From Eledone cirrhosa (lineage: Eukaryota), in assembly GCA_964016885.1 (NCBI GenBank), contig OZ024752.1, positions 20,460,001 through 20,524,000 of the forward strand: a DNA stretch of 64,000 nt. The letters are read 5' to 3'. A program made the translations under genes and the position numbers. Under the pieces are notes generated by a model. That model had not been told where the DNA came from and ran no database searches. It was given only the letters and a program-made list of their open reading frames with translations. Positions 1-11,223 of this stretch are shown here, piece by piece; position 1 is the first letter of the stretch, and every line of letters begins with the position of its first letter.

Positions 1-3000
1 CACACTACAACACTACTACACACTACACCACCACACACACCACCACACCACCCACTACAACACTACTACACCACACACCACCACACACACACACTACAAC
101 TACACCACCACACTACACACTACTACACCACCACACACAACACTACTACACCACAACACCACCACACTACACACTACTACACTACTACACCACCACACTA
201 CAACACTACTATACCACTACACCACCACACTACAACACTACTACACTACTACACCACCACACTACAACACTACTACACCACCACACTACAACACTACTAC
301 ACCACCACACCACCACACTACAACACTACTACACTACTACACCACCACACTACAACACTACTACACCACCACACTACAACACTACTACACCACTACACCA
401 CCACACTACAACACTACTACACCACTACACCACCACACTACAACACTACAACACCACCACACTACACCACACTACTACACCACCACACTACATACTACCA
501 CACTACTACACCACCACACTACAACACTAATACACCACAACACCACCACACTACAACACTACAACACCACCACACTACAACACTACTACACCAGCACACT
601 ACAACACTACTACACCACTACACCACCACACTACAACACTACAACACCACCACACTACAACACTACTACACCACCACACTACAACACTACTACACCACTA
701 CACCACCACACTACAACACTACTACACCACCACACTAGAACACTACTACACCACTACACCACCACACTACAACACTACTACACTACTACACCACCACACT
801 ACAACACTACTACACACACACCACCACACTACAACACTACTACACTACTACACCACCACACTACAACACTACTACACCACCACACTACAACACAACTACT
901 ACACCACCACACTACAACACTACTACACTACTACACCACCACACTACAACACTACTACACCACTACACCACCACACTACAACACTACAACACCACCACAC
1001 TACAACACTACTACACCACCACACTACAACACTACTACACCACTACACCACCACACTACAACACTACTACACTACTACACCACCACACTACAACACTACA
1101 ACACCACCACACCACCACACTACAACACTACTACACCACTACACCACCACACTACAACACTACTACACTACTACACCACCACACTACAACACTACAACAC
1201 CACCACACCACCACACTACAACACTACTACACCACTACACCACCACACTACAACACTACTACACTACTACACCACCACACTACAACACTACAACACCACC
1301 ACACTACAACACTACTACACCACCACACTACAACACTACTACACCACCACACTACAACACTACTACACTACTACACCACCACACTACAACACTACAACAC
1401 CACCACACTTCAACACTACAACACCACCACACTACAACACTACTACACCACTACACCACCACACTACAACACTACTACACCACTACACCACCACACTACA
1501 ACACTACTACACCACTACACCACCACACTACAACACTACTACACTACTACACCACCACACTACAATACTACCACACTACTACACCACCACACTACAACAC
1601 TAATACACCACTACACCACCACACTACAACACTACAACACCACCACACTACAACACTACTACACCACCACACTACAACACTACTACACCACTACACCACC
1701 ACACTACAACACTACTACACCACCACACTAGAACACTACTACACCACTACACCACCACACTACAACACTACTACACTACTACACTACCACACTACAACAC
1801 TACTACACCACTACACCACCACACTACAACACTACTACACTACTACACCACCACACTACAACACTACTACACTACTACACCACCACACTACAACACTACA
1901 ACACCACCACACTACAACACTACTACACCACCACACCACCACACTACAACACTACTACACTACTACACCACCACACTACAACACTACTACACCACTACAC
2001 CACCACACTACAACACTACTACACTACTACACCACCACACTACAACACTACTACACTACTACACCACCACACTACAACACTACTACACCACTACACCACC
2101 ACACTACAACCCTACTACACTACTACACCACCACACTACAACACTACAACACCACCACACCACCACACCACAACACTACAACACTACTGCACCTCTACAC
2201 CACTACACTACTACACCACTACACAACTACACCACCACACCATCACACTACTACACTACTACACCTCTACACCACTACACTACTACACCACTACACCACT
2301 ACACCACCACACCACTACACCACAACACCACCACACCACCACACTACTACACTACTACACTACTACACTACTACACCACTACACCACTAAATCACCACAC
2401 CACTACACCATTACACCACCATATCACTACCCACCACACCACTACACCACTACACCACTACACAACCACACTACTACACCACTACACCACTACAACACCA
2501 CACCACTACACCACTACACCACTACACCACCACACCGCTACACCACTACATCACTACACCACTACACCACTACACAACCACACCACTACACCACTACACC
2601 ACTACACCACTACAACACCACACCACCACACCACCACACCACTACACCACCACATCCCCACACCAATACACCACCACACCACTACACCACCACACCACTA
2701 CACCACTACACCACCACATCCCCACACCACTACACCACTACACCACTACACCACTCCACAACCATACTACTACACCACTACAAAACCACACAACTACACC
2801 ACTACACCACTACACCACAACACTACTACAGCAACACACCACTACACCATCACACAACTAGACCACCACACCACTACACCACTACACCACTACAGCACTA
2901 CACCACTACACCACTACACCACCACATCCCCACACCACTACACCACCACACCACTACACCACCACACCACTACACCACTACACCACCACATCCCCACATC

Positions 3001-4776
3001 ACTACACCACTACACCACTACACCACTCCACAACCACACTACTACACCACTACAACACCACACCACTACACCACTACACCACTACACCACCACACCACTA
3101 CACCACTACATCACTACACCACTACACCACTACACCACTACACCACTACACCACTACAACACCACACCACCACACCACTACACCACTACACCACCACATC
3201 CCCACACCACTACACCACCATACCACTACACCACCACACCACTACACCACTACACAACCACATCCCCACACCACTACACCACTACACCACTACACCACTC
3301 CACAACCACACTACTACACCACTACAACACCACACCACTACACCACTACACCACTACACCACTACACCACCACACCACTACACCACTACATCACTACACC
3401 ACTACACCACTACACAACCACACCACTACACCACTACACCACTACAACACCACACCACCACACCACTACACCACTACACCACTACATTACCACACTGCTA
3501 CACTATTACACCACCACACCACCACACCACTACACCACTACACAACTACACCACTACACCACCACACCACTACACCACCACATTACCATACCACTACACC
3601 ACCACACCACCACACCACTACATCACTACATCACTACACCACTACACCACCACACCACTACACCACCACACCACTACACCACTACACCACTACACGACCA
3701 CACCACTACACCACCAGCCCACTACACCACCACACCAATACACCACTACACCAATACACCACTACATCACCACACCAATACACCACTACACCACTACACC
3801 ACCACACTACCACACCACCACACCAATACACCACTACACCACTACACTACTACACCACTACCCCACTACACCACTACAACACAACACCACCACACCACTA
3901 CACCACCACACCACTACATCACTACACCACTACATCACTACACCACCACAGCACCATACTACTACACTACTACACTACTACACCACTACACCACCACACC
4001 ACCACACCACTACACCACCACACCACTACAGAACTACACCACTACAGCACTACACCACCACACTACTGCACTACTACACAACTACACCACTAGACCACTG
4101 CACCACTACACCACCACATCACTACAGCACTACACCACTACACAACCACACTACAACACCACTATACCACTACACTACTACACTACTACACCATCACCCA
4201 ACTAAACCACCACACCACCACACCATTACACCACTACACTACTACACCACTACACCACTACACCACCACGCTACTACAACAACACATCATTACACCACCA
4301 CACTACTACACCACCACACCACTACACCACCACACCACCACACCACCACACCACTACACCACCACACCACTACACCACCACACCACTACACCACCACAAC
4401 ACTACACCACCACACCACTACACCAATACACCTCTACACGACCACACTACTACACCACTACACCACTACACCACCACACCACCACACCACTACACCACCA
4501 CACCAGTAGACCACTACACCACCACACCACTACACCACCACATCACTACACAACTACACCACTACACCACCACACTACTACACCACTACACTGCCACACC
4601 ACTACACCACCACACCACTACACCACTACACCATTACACCACTACACCACCACGCTACTACAACACACCACTACACCACCACACCACCACACCACCACAC
4701 CACTACACCACTACACCACCACACCACTACACCACTACACCACTACACCACCACACCACTACACCACTACACCACC
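1..4776. repeat. 8-bp C/A-rich minisatellite (CACCACTA / CACCACCA / CACTACAA / CACTACTA), open at the window start
   Basis: Near-continuous 8-mers with almost no G on the + strand. In ~190-2160 they form 24/32-bp units (CACCACCA-CACTACAA-CACTACTA[-CACCACTA]). In ~2180-4776 they are mostly (CACCACTA)n/(CACCACCA)n. Confidence 0.97.
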
Positions 4777-4975
4777 AACCCTCCATATTAGCATCATTGC
4801 TATATTTACTATCACACTTTTTATTTAAATACAACCAAGCATTACATTGTTACCCTCTCTATATAAGATTCTTTGTCTCTCTGCCTCTCTGTCCCTATGC
4901 ATTCTCAAACGGCTGGACCAAATCAAATCAAATTTTACAAGGTGATAGTATTAGACCCCAGTACTGTCAATATCA

Positions 4976-5600
4976 AATTTTTATTTTCATTTGGATTAAA
5001 ACAATATGATATTTTATCTAAAATAACATTTCTATAGTGAACCATAGTATACCACCACCACGACGTCACATTTTGTATATGAGTGTGTATGTGTCTGAGT
5101 GTGTGTGTGTTTGTGTGTTCGTTACTACGTAAGTTGCATACACATTATCTTCACACACACATCAACACATACAGATACATATGTGATGACAGACAGGTGT
5201 GCGTGAATGTATGTCTGTGTGTGTCTGTCTTAGTATATGTATGCGAGTGTGTGTGAGAGTGTGTGTGAGTGTATGTGAGAGTGTATGTGTGTGTGTGTAT
5301 GTGAGAGTGTATGTGTGTGTGAGTGTATGTGTAAGTGTATGTGTGATAATTTTTATTTTCATTTGGATTAAAACAATAGAAAACAACACAGCGATGTCAC
5401 ATTTTGTATATGAATATGTATGTGTCTGTAGGTACGTTATTAAATACACGCACACATCTACACATATGTAGCTACTGATAGAAAAATGAGGTGAAAAGCT
5501 CTGCATGTGTCTGTGTGAATGTATGTCTGTGTGTGTCTGTCTTAGTATATGTATGTGAGAGTGTATGTGTGTGAGTGTGTAGCAACAATTTATTCATTTG
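4976..5600. repeat. Degenerate tandem duplication (~310-370 bp unit) containing (GT)n/(GTAT)-type microsatellites
   Basis: AATTTTTATTTTCATTTGGATTAAAACAATA occurs at 4976 and 5348, GTCACATTTTGTATATGA at 5065 and 5396, and GTGAATGTATGTCTGTGTGTGTCTGTCTTAGTATATGTATG at 5203 and 5515. GT-rich tracts lie at 5081-5118 and 5203-5346. Confidence 0.8.
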
Positions 5601-5794
5601 GATACCAACAAAAAATTACACAATGAATATTGTTTACCCTAAGGTGCTTCAAGATTGACAGATTTTCATTTCTAAATTCTATTATCATTATAATGTTGAT
5701 ATTTTAAAAATAAAATTTAGACATTTTGAAATAATTATGAGAAAAAAAACTTATCTTCGTATTTACTGTTTACTAATCTGAATAAGAACAGCAG

Positions 5795-5864
5795 TAACCC
5801 AGTTAGTCTTTAGCGTGGAAGGTAGACATTAAACAATGATGATGATGATGATGATGATGATGAT
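5795..5864 (+). repeat. (ATG)n microsatellite, probably the 3' tail of a decayed retroposon
   Basis: About 9-10 ATG units at 5836-5864, preceded by AGCGTGGAAGGTAGACATTAAACA. This resembles the ...GGACGTTAAACGATGATG 3' ends of mollusc SINE/LINE families (recollection, unverified). Confidence 0.55.
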
Positions 5865-5932
5865 ATAGGAACAATTTTTTATGTTTTCTGCTTTACCTCA
5901 TCTAATTTCACTTCAATATTTTAAATATAATG

Positions 5933-6120
5933 TGTGGTGACCTGTCAGAATTTGTAGAGCATCAGACAATATACTTTGTGGTATATAGGTATATCCCTTT
6001 ACATTCTGAGTTCAAATCCTGCTATGGTTAGCTTTGCTTTTCATCTTTACGGGGTTCAATAAAATAAAGTACCATTCCCCTTCCTTTCAAATTGTTGGTC
6101 TTATGCCTTAATCAGAAACT
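5933..6120 (+). mobile_element. Decayed tRNA-derived SINE
   Basis: Pol III B-box-like GTTCAAATCC at 6010-6019 and a degenerate A-box-like segment near 5943-5957. These are followed by GCTTTGCTTTTCATCTTTACGGGGTTCAATAAAATAAAGTACCA, similar to the conserved central motif of abundant cephalopod tRNA-SINEs (family match from memory). Confidence 0.6.
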
Positions 6121-6459
6121 ATTTCAAATGTCATGCTAAGCTGTTGTAATTGTTCTCTGAAATCAATCCAATCCAGAACTGGCAGACAAGAAGCAATTTG
6201 TTTCCCTCTGTTTCACATTGCAGATATGATTAACAACTATGTATGGAATAAATCACATGATCCAAGAACCACACAGCAGTAAATGAAATGCTTATGCGCC
6301 ACTTTCGACTCTGTTATATCTTACAACTTCTTCATTAGTTCATTACTTCACAATCGTTTCAGGGGGGTGGGGAAACTGTGCACTGAGCCAATCCCACACT
6401 CTGAGCAACAATAGTTATAACCCGAAAAGAAGGAAAGATCAACATCATCGGTAACTACT

Positions 6460-6600
6460 GAGTCGCAGGTTTTATGTTGGAGTTATCCCAGTTTCCTGAG
6501 TTGCCTTCTCCTAGAAGAATGCCCTGATAAAGGCTAGGGGACCTTCACTCCCAGTGGCTTAAGCACGCGTTCGGGTAGCCAGCCCGATTATTTCGATGAC
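6460..6600 (-). mobile_element. Possible LINE (RTE-like) 5'-UTR fragment
   Basis: A GC-richer island. The minus strand reads ...CCTAGCCTTTATCAGGGCATTCTTCTAGGAGAAGGCAACTC..., reminiscent of the CTAGGAGAAGG-A-ACTC motif in RTE-type 5' UTRs. No coding homology seen. Confidence 0.3.
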
Positions 6601-6651
6601 CTTGCATATATACATACACGTGCATACATGTATATACATATTTACACATTA

Positions 6652-6723
6652 TACATACATACATACATACATTCATACATCCATACATACATACATACAT
6701 ACATACATACATACATACATACA
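6652..6723. repeat. (TACA)n microsatellite, 5' flank and putative target of the retrotransposon
   Basis: About 18 TACA units with two substitutions, plus a degenerate extension upstream to ~6605. Confidence 0.95.
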
Positions 6724-6724
6724 A

Positions 6725-9700
6725 ACAGAGCACCAAAAACTTGTGGGCACCCTACAAGTGATATGGAACGATATGTTTCAAGAGATACACAGCCTTAATG
6801 TGAGTGACAGACCATACAACACTAGAGTCAGTAAAGAACCCACTAAATTGGAATTGGAAGCGGTGAACGAAATAGCTGGCAATTATCTGAAGGCTATACG
6901 ATCTAAAGGTGTAGAAACGACATTTGAAATGCTTAATGTTTTGTTATATGTTTCAGCTGTCACATTGCTATCATATAACACACATCTAAAACCACACAAT
7001 CAAGATACAAACAGAAAGCCTGAACCAGCGTGGATGCGAAATTTAAAAACCAAAATTTTGTCCCTGAGACGAAGTATCTCACACATCGCAGTCGTTATGA
7101 AATGCAACATAGAGAGCAACTTCACACGACACCAGGAAGACCCAAAGAAAAAGTTAGAGAGACGATTTGGAGATACAAAATTTAAAACTTTGAACTCCAA
7201 ATTACACCAGTTGAAACAACTCACAGCTACAACAGAAAGACTAAAATATAAGTCAACAGCACATAAACGACAAGTGCTAAATAGATTGTTTGCCAGAGAT
7301 CCTAAATCAGTTTATCGCAGCTTCGGTGGCAAAAGCTCAATCCCTGTAAACGACACCCCTTCAAAAGAACAGGTTGAGAGCTACTGGAGATCTGTATGGG
7401 AAACGGATGACGGATTCAACAGACAAGCTAATTGGCTAAAAGAACTGGAACAGGACTACTGCCAACATGTCCAGACAAAACAATATGACATAGATGGGTC
7501 AATACTGGAAACAGCTCTACAGAAAATGTCGAATAGGAAATCACCAGGCCCAGACCTCATTACAGGATACTGGTTGAAGAATTTCACTTTCTATCGGCAA
7601 GATCTCATACGGCTGTTTACAGAAACCATTAAGGGCACACAAGAACTGCCCAGATGGTTATCAACTGCCACTACTCTCCTCATTCCCAAAAATAGCCAAA
7701 CCACCCTTGCTAAAAATTACCGCCCAATTGCCTACCAAAACATCATGTATAAATTATATACTGGGTGCCTTAACCTGTTCTTACAGGATCACTGTGCTAC
7801 CAACAACATCATAACACCTGAGCAAGCTGGTGGAAAGAGGGGGGTGTGGGGTTGCATAGATCACCTACTAACTAACAAAATGATTCAGGAAAAAACAACA
7901 AAGAATCGCAGAAACATGACTGTCGTGTGGCTGGACTATCAAAAAGCATTTGATAGTGTACCTCATGGGTGGATTATTAAGGCTTTACAGTTAGCTAAAG
8001 TCCCACAACCATTGGTAGCTGCTGTTGAACGCCTGACCAAGAACTGGTACACCAATTTGATCCTTAGAGGTGAGAAGGAGCAGGTTAAGACTGATAAGAT
8101 ACATTACCAGAAGGGCATCTTTCAGGGTGATAGCTTGTCAGTGCTACTCTTCATTCTCTCACTGAATCCACTATCTTACCTACTCAGGAAACAAGGTCGA
8201 CAAAGAAGTGGGACCAGAAGTATCTCCCATCTTTTCTTTGTTGATGACCTGAAGTTGTATGGGCCAAATATCAATGACATCAAGAAACAATTGGACCTCA
8301 TTACACAATTTTCAACCGATATCAAAATTAAATTTGGTGAGTCCAAGTGTGCATATTTGGCAGTAAAACGTGGAAGAGCTGTGCCCTCTTCTAGAAATCT
8401 AGAGATGAACGGCCTGACAATACAACCTCTGCAGTCAGGTGACAACTACAGATATCTTGGACAGGATGAGAATGTCAGATATGATGGACCCATAAATAAG
8501 GAGAGAACCAGAACTGAATACCTCAGAAGAGTAAAGAAAATATGGTCATCAGAACTGTCAGCATACAACAAATACATTGCCCACAATACTTATGCTGTGC
8601 CAATTCTAACGCCAACATTTGGCCTACTGAACTGGTCATTGCAAGAACTAAGTGAGATGGATGTTAGAACTCGAAAACTTCTCAGTGTTACTGGCAACTT
8701 TAACATCAATGGTGATGTGGATAGGCTATACTTCTTACGCAAGGAAGGTGGCCGGGGTCTAAAATCAATATTAACAACATATGAGACCCGGATAGTAACA
8801 CTGAAGCAACACCTTCAACAGAGGAAAAAGGTTGGCAACCATCTTGCCCAGGTTTATGAGCATGAAAAAAGAAATATCATTAGAATAGCGACTGATCTGG
8901 AGGAGAGATATGGAATAAAGCCTGATATAAATCTCTCACCCAGAGAAATCGGAAGATCCTATTCAATGTTCAAACAAGATAAGAAAATTGACCAATTTAC
9001 AGAAAAAGTTGTGCATGGATACTTGAGGCGTAAAACACAGACCATAGAGGGGATAAACCACTCAAAAAGCCTGGCATGGAGTTCCGACAAGTTTATGACA
9101 TCACACCTTGAGGGATATCTCTATGCAATACAGGAACAAGAACTCCCTACCAAATATCTGCTGCACAAAAGAGGAGGGCCAGCAGCTGACAATAAATGTA
9201 GGCTATGTAAAACAAAGATCGAGGATGTAAGCCACATTGTTGCCAGCTGCGAAAGAATGTCATCTCGCTACTACCTCCCCATGAGACACGATGGGATAGC
9301 TAGAACCATCTGGAACGCACTTCGGAAAACAAAATTAACAACAAACGAGGAAGAATATATTGAGACAGATGGCACTAAGGAATACTGGTGGAACCTGAAA
9401 ATAAAAACTGCCACCAAATTAAAGCACAACCGGCCTGATATTGTAGTTTGGGACCACACATTGAAAACGTGTTCTGTTGTGGAGATCAGCTGCCCACTTG
9501 TCAGAAAAATACAGTAGAAGGAGGACATCTACGGACCATTGATGAGGAGTTTACAAATCCAGTATCCAAGATACACCTTTAGCTTCATACCCATCATTAT
9601 TGGTGCTACGGGTTATATACCAACCCGCTTGGACCAAAGTATGACTGAACTTGGATTTGCGGACAAAAAGCGCAGCTCCCTAATTCATAGTCTGCAAATG

Positions 9701-9748
9701 GCTGCGATAGCTGGCACCTTCAAAATTTGCAAAACATTCTTGCGATTC
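6725..9748 (+). pseudogene. Retrotransposon polyprotein (reverse transcriptase + zinc knuckle + PD-(D/E)xK endonuclease) with an in-frame nonsense codon
   Basis: RT motifs NYRPIA, EQAGG, WLDYQKAFDSVPH, GIFQGDSLS, HLFFVDDLKLY (FVDD at 8237-8248) and YRYLG. CCHC knuckle CRLCKTKIEDVSHIVASC at 9197-9250, RHD at ~9284, RPDIV...VEISCP from ~9431. After TAG at 9515-9517 the same frame continues KEDIYGPLMRSL...IPIIIGATG...KICKTFLRF. The 6596-6724 part of the predicted ORF is translated microsatellite. Confidence 0.9.
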
Positions 9749-9781
9749 AAGGGATTACAATTTCTTTTCTTTTACAACCTT

Positions 9782-9798
9782 GCCACCAGGAAGGTGGC
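9782..9798 (+). other. 3'-UTR stem-loop of the retrotransposon
   Basis: GCCACC-AGGAA-GGTGGC forms a perfect 6-bp stem with a 5-nt loop, about 40 nt before the 3' junction. Confidence 0.55.
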
Positions 9799-9837
9799 CG
9801 GTCAAAAAAATATACTCGAAATTAAGAGAAAGAGAAA

Positions 9838-9880
9838 ACATACATATAAACACACATACATACATACTTACATACATACA
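9838..9880. repeat. Imperfect (TACA)n microsatellite, 3' flank of the element
   Basis: ACATACATATAAACACACATACATACATACTTACATACATACA directly follows the A-rich 3' end. Confidence 0.9.
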
Positions 9881-10099
9881 TGGTGGCTGCCAACTCGTTT
9901 TCGAGTACAGCCACTACTTTATATCCATGTAGGAGAACCCCTACCGATGCGCTGAACAAGTGTGACTTTTTAGTCCAGCCAGCGACTTGAAAACTCTGGT
10001 ACAAACACTACACTTGTGACAATTATTGACACATAGTGCTGGGCCCAAGGTACCATGTGATGACAAGTGCAGAGAGATCTACAGATATCCAGATATATG

Positions 10100-10117
10100 C
10101 ATACATACGTACATACA

Positions 10118-10147
<30 letters not shown>
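10100..10147. repeat. (TACA)n microsatellite
   Basis: About 12 units with one substitution. Confidence 0.95.
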
Positions 10148-10152
<5 letters not shown>

Positions 10153-10416
10153 TAACAAGAGATATTAACAAGAACAAAACACCACCAAAACTAACATCAT
10201 ATATAACTAAAATAGAAAAAAAAGATTGCTGACCTACAAAAAACCATAGGATATGTGACAATGCTGCTTATATGCTAACAAACACAAAAAAACTTCACTC
10301 CACACCAACAAAGAGTGAAAAATAAAATAGAGATGATGTTTGGTAACAGTAGAACCAGAACTATCCAATATAAGCGGATCACAGTCAAACAAGAATTGAG
10401 AGCTGTTAGCAAAAAA
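10148..10416 (+). mobile_element. Fragment of a second, divergent R4/Dong-like element (pre-RT N-terminal region)
   Basis: 10222-10416 translates KIADLQKTIGYVTMLLIC*QTQKNFTPHQQRVKNKIEMMFGNSRTRTIQYKRITVKQELRAVSKK. This aligns by eye to KILSLRRSISHIAVVMKCNIESNFTRHQEDPKKKLERRFGDTKFKTLNSKLHQLKQLTATTERL of the upstream element (~7052-7245). It has a stop at 10276 and an apparent frameshift in the A-run at 10216-10223. Confidence 0.75.
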
Positions 10417-11223
10417 CCGGCCATATCTGCCCAACATTCTCTCACCTCTTTCTCTTCAAACCGGCCATATCTGGCCAGAATTCTCTCACCTTCTCTTCAA
10501 ACCAAACATATCTGGTCAGAATTCTCTCACCTCTTTCTCTTCAAACCAGTCATATCCAGCCAGAATTCTCTCACCTCTTTCTCTTCAAACCTGCCATATC
10601 CAGCCAGAATTCTCTCTCCTCTTTCTCTTCAAAACAATCATATCCAGCCAGAATTCTCTCACTTGTTTCTCTTCAAACCTACCATATGTGGCCAGAATTC
10701 TCTCACCTCTCTCTGTTAGAACTTGCCATATCTGGCTAGAATTCTCTCACCTCTTTCTCTTCAAACCGGCCTTATCCAGCCAGAATTCTCTCACCTCTTT
10801 CTCTTCAAACCGGCCATATACTGCCAGAATTCTCTCACCTCTTTCTCTTCAAACCAGTCATATCCAGCCATAATTCTCTCACCTCTTTCTCTTCAAACCG
10901 GCCTTATCCAGCCAGAATTCTCTCACCTCTTTCTCTTCAAACCGGCCATATACTGCCAGAATTCTCTCACCTCTTTCTCTTCAAACCAGTCATATCCAGC
11001 CATAATTCTCTCACCTCTTTCTCTTCAAACCGGCCATATCCAGCCAAAATTCTCTCACCTCATTCTCTTCAAACCTGCCATATCTGGCCAGAATTCTCAC
11101 ACCTCTTTCTCTTCAAACTATTCATATCCAGTCAGAATTCTCTCACCTCTTTCTGTTCAAATCTGCCATATCTGGCCAGAATTATCTCACCTCTTTCTGT
11201 TCAAACCTGCCATATCCAGCCAG

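Larger units (their letters stand above)
6724..9837 (+). mobile_element. 5'-truncated R4/Dong-clade (RLE-type) non-LTR retrotransposon inserted in (TACA)n
   Basis: Single ORF with RT, CCHC and C-terminal restriction-like endonuclease, and no APE domain seen. It has a short ~90-bp 3' UTR and (TACA)n on both sides. There is no native 5' UTR or start codon at the junction. Confidence 0.9.

Noticed and set aside
1-4776. True telomeric repeat or Thr/His/Pro-rich mucin-like exon
   Set aside because: It is not CCCTAA-type and is too heterogeneous for telomerase product. The 8-bp period, lack of a start codon and lack of splice evidence argue against coding.
4797-5506. ORFs 4797-5009, 5162-5506 and 5199-5471
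   Set aside because: They are mostly translations of GT/CA microsatellite or AT-rich spacer, with no recognisable domain.
5943-6025. tRNA gene
   Set aside because: Only a B-box-like motif is present and no cloverleaf could be formed. A decayed SINE head explains it better.
6520-6600. Hammerhead ribozyme around CTGATAA
   Set aside because: The core deviates from CUGANGA and no correctly placed GAAA or stems were found.
6596-6724. His/Thr/Tyr/Ile-rich N-terminus of the 973-aa ORF as a real domain
   Set aside because: It is translated (TACA)n, in frame by chance with the truncated element.
7000-9528. Antisense ORFs within the retrotransposon (7000-7224, 8176-8445, 9271-9528)
   Set aside because: They are short shadow ORFs of the RT coding strand with no motifs.
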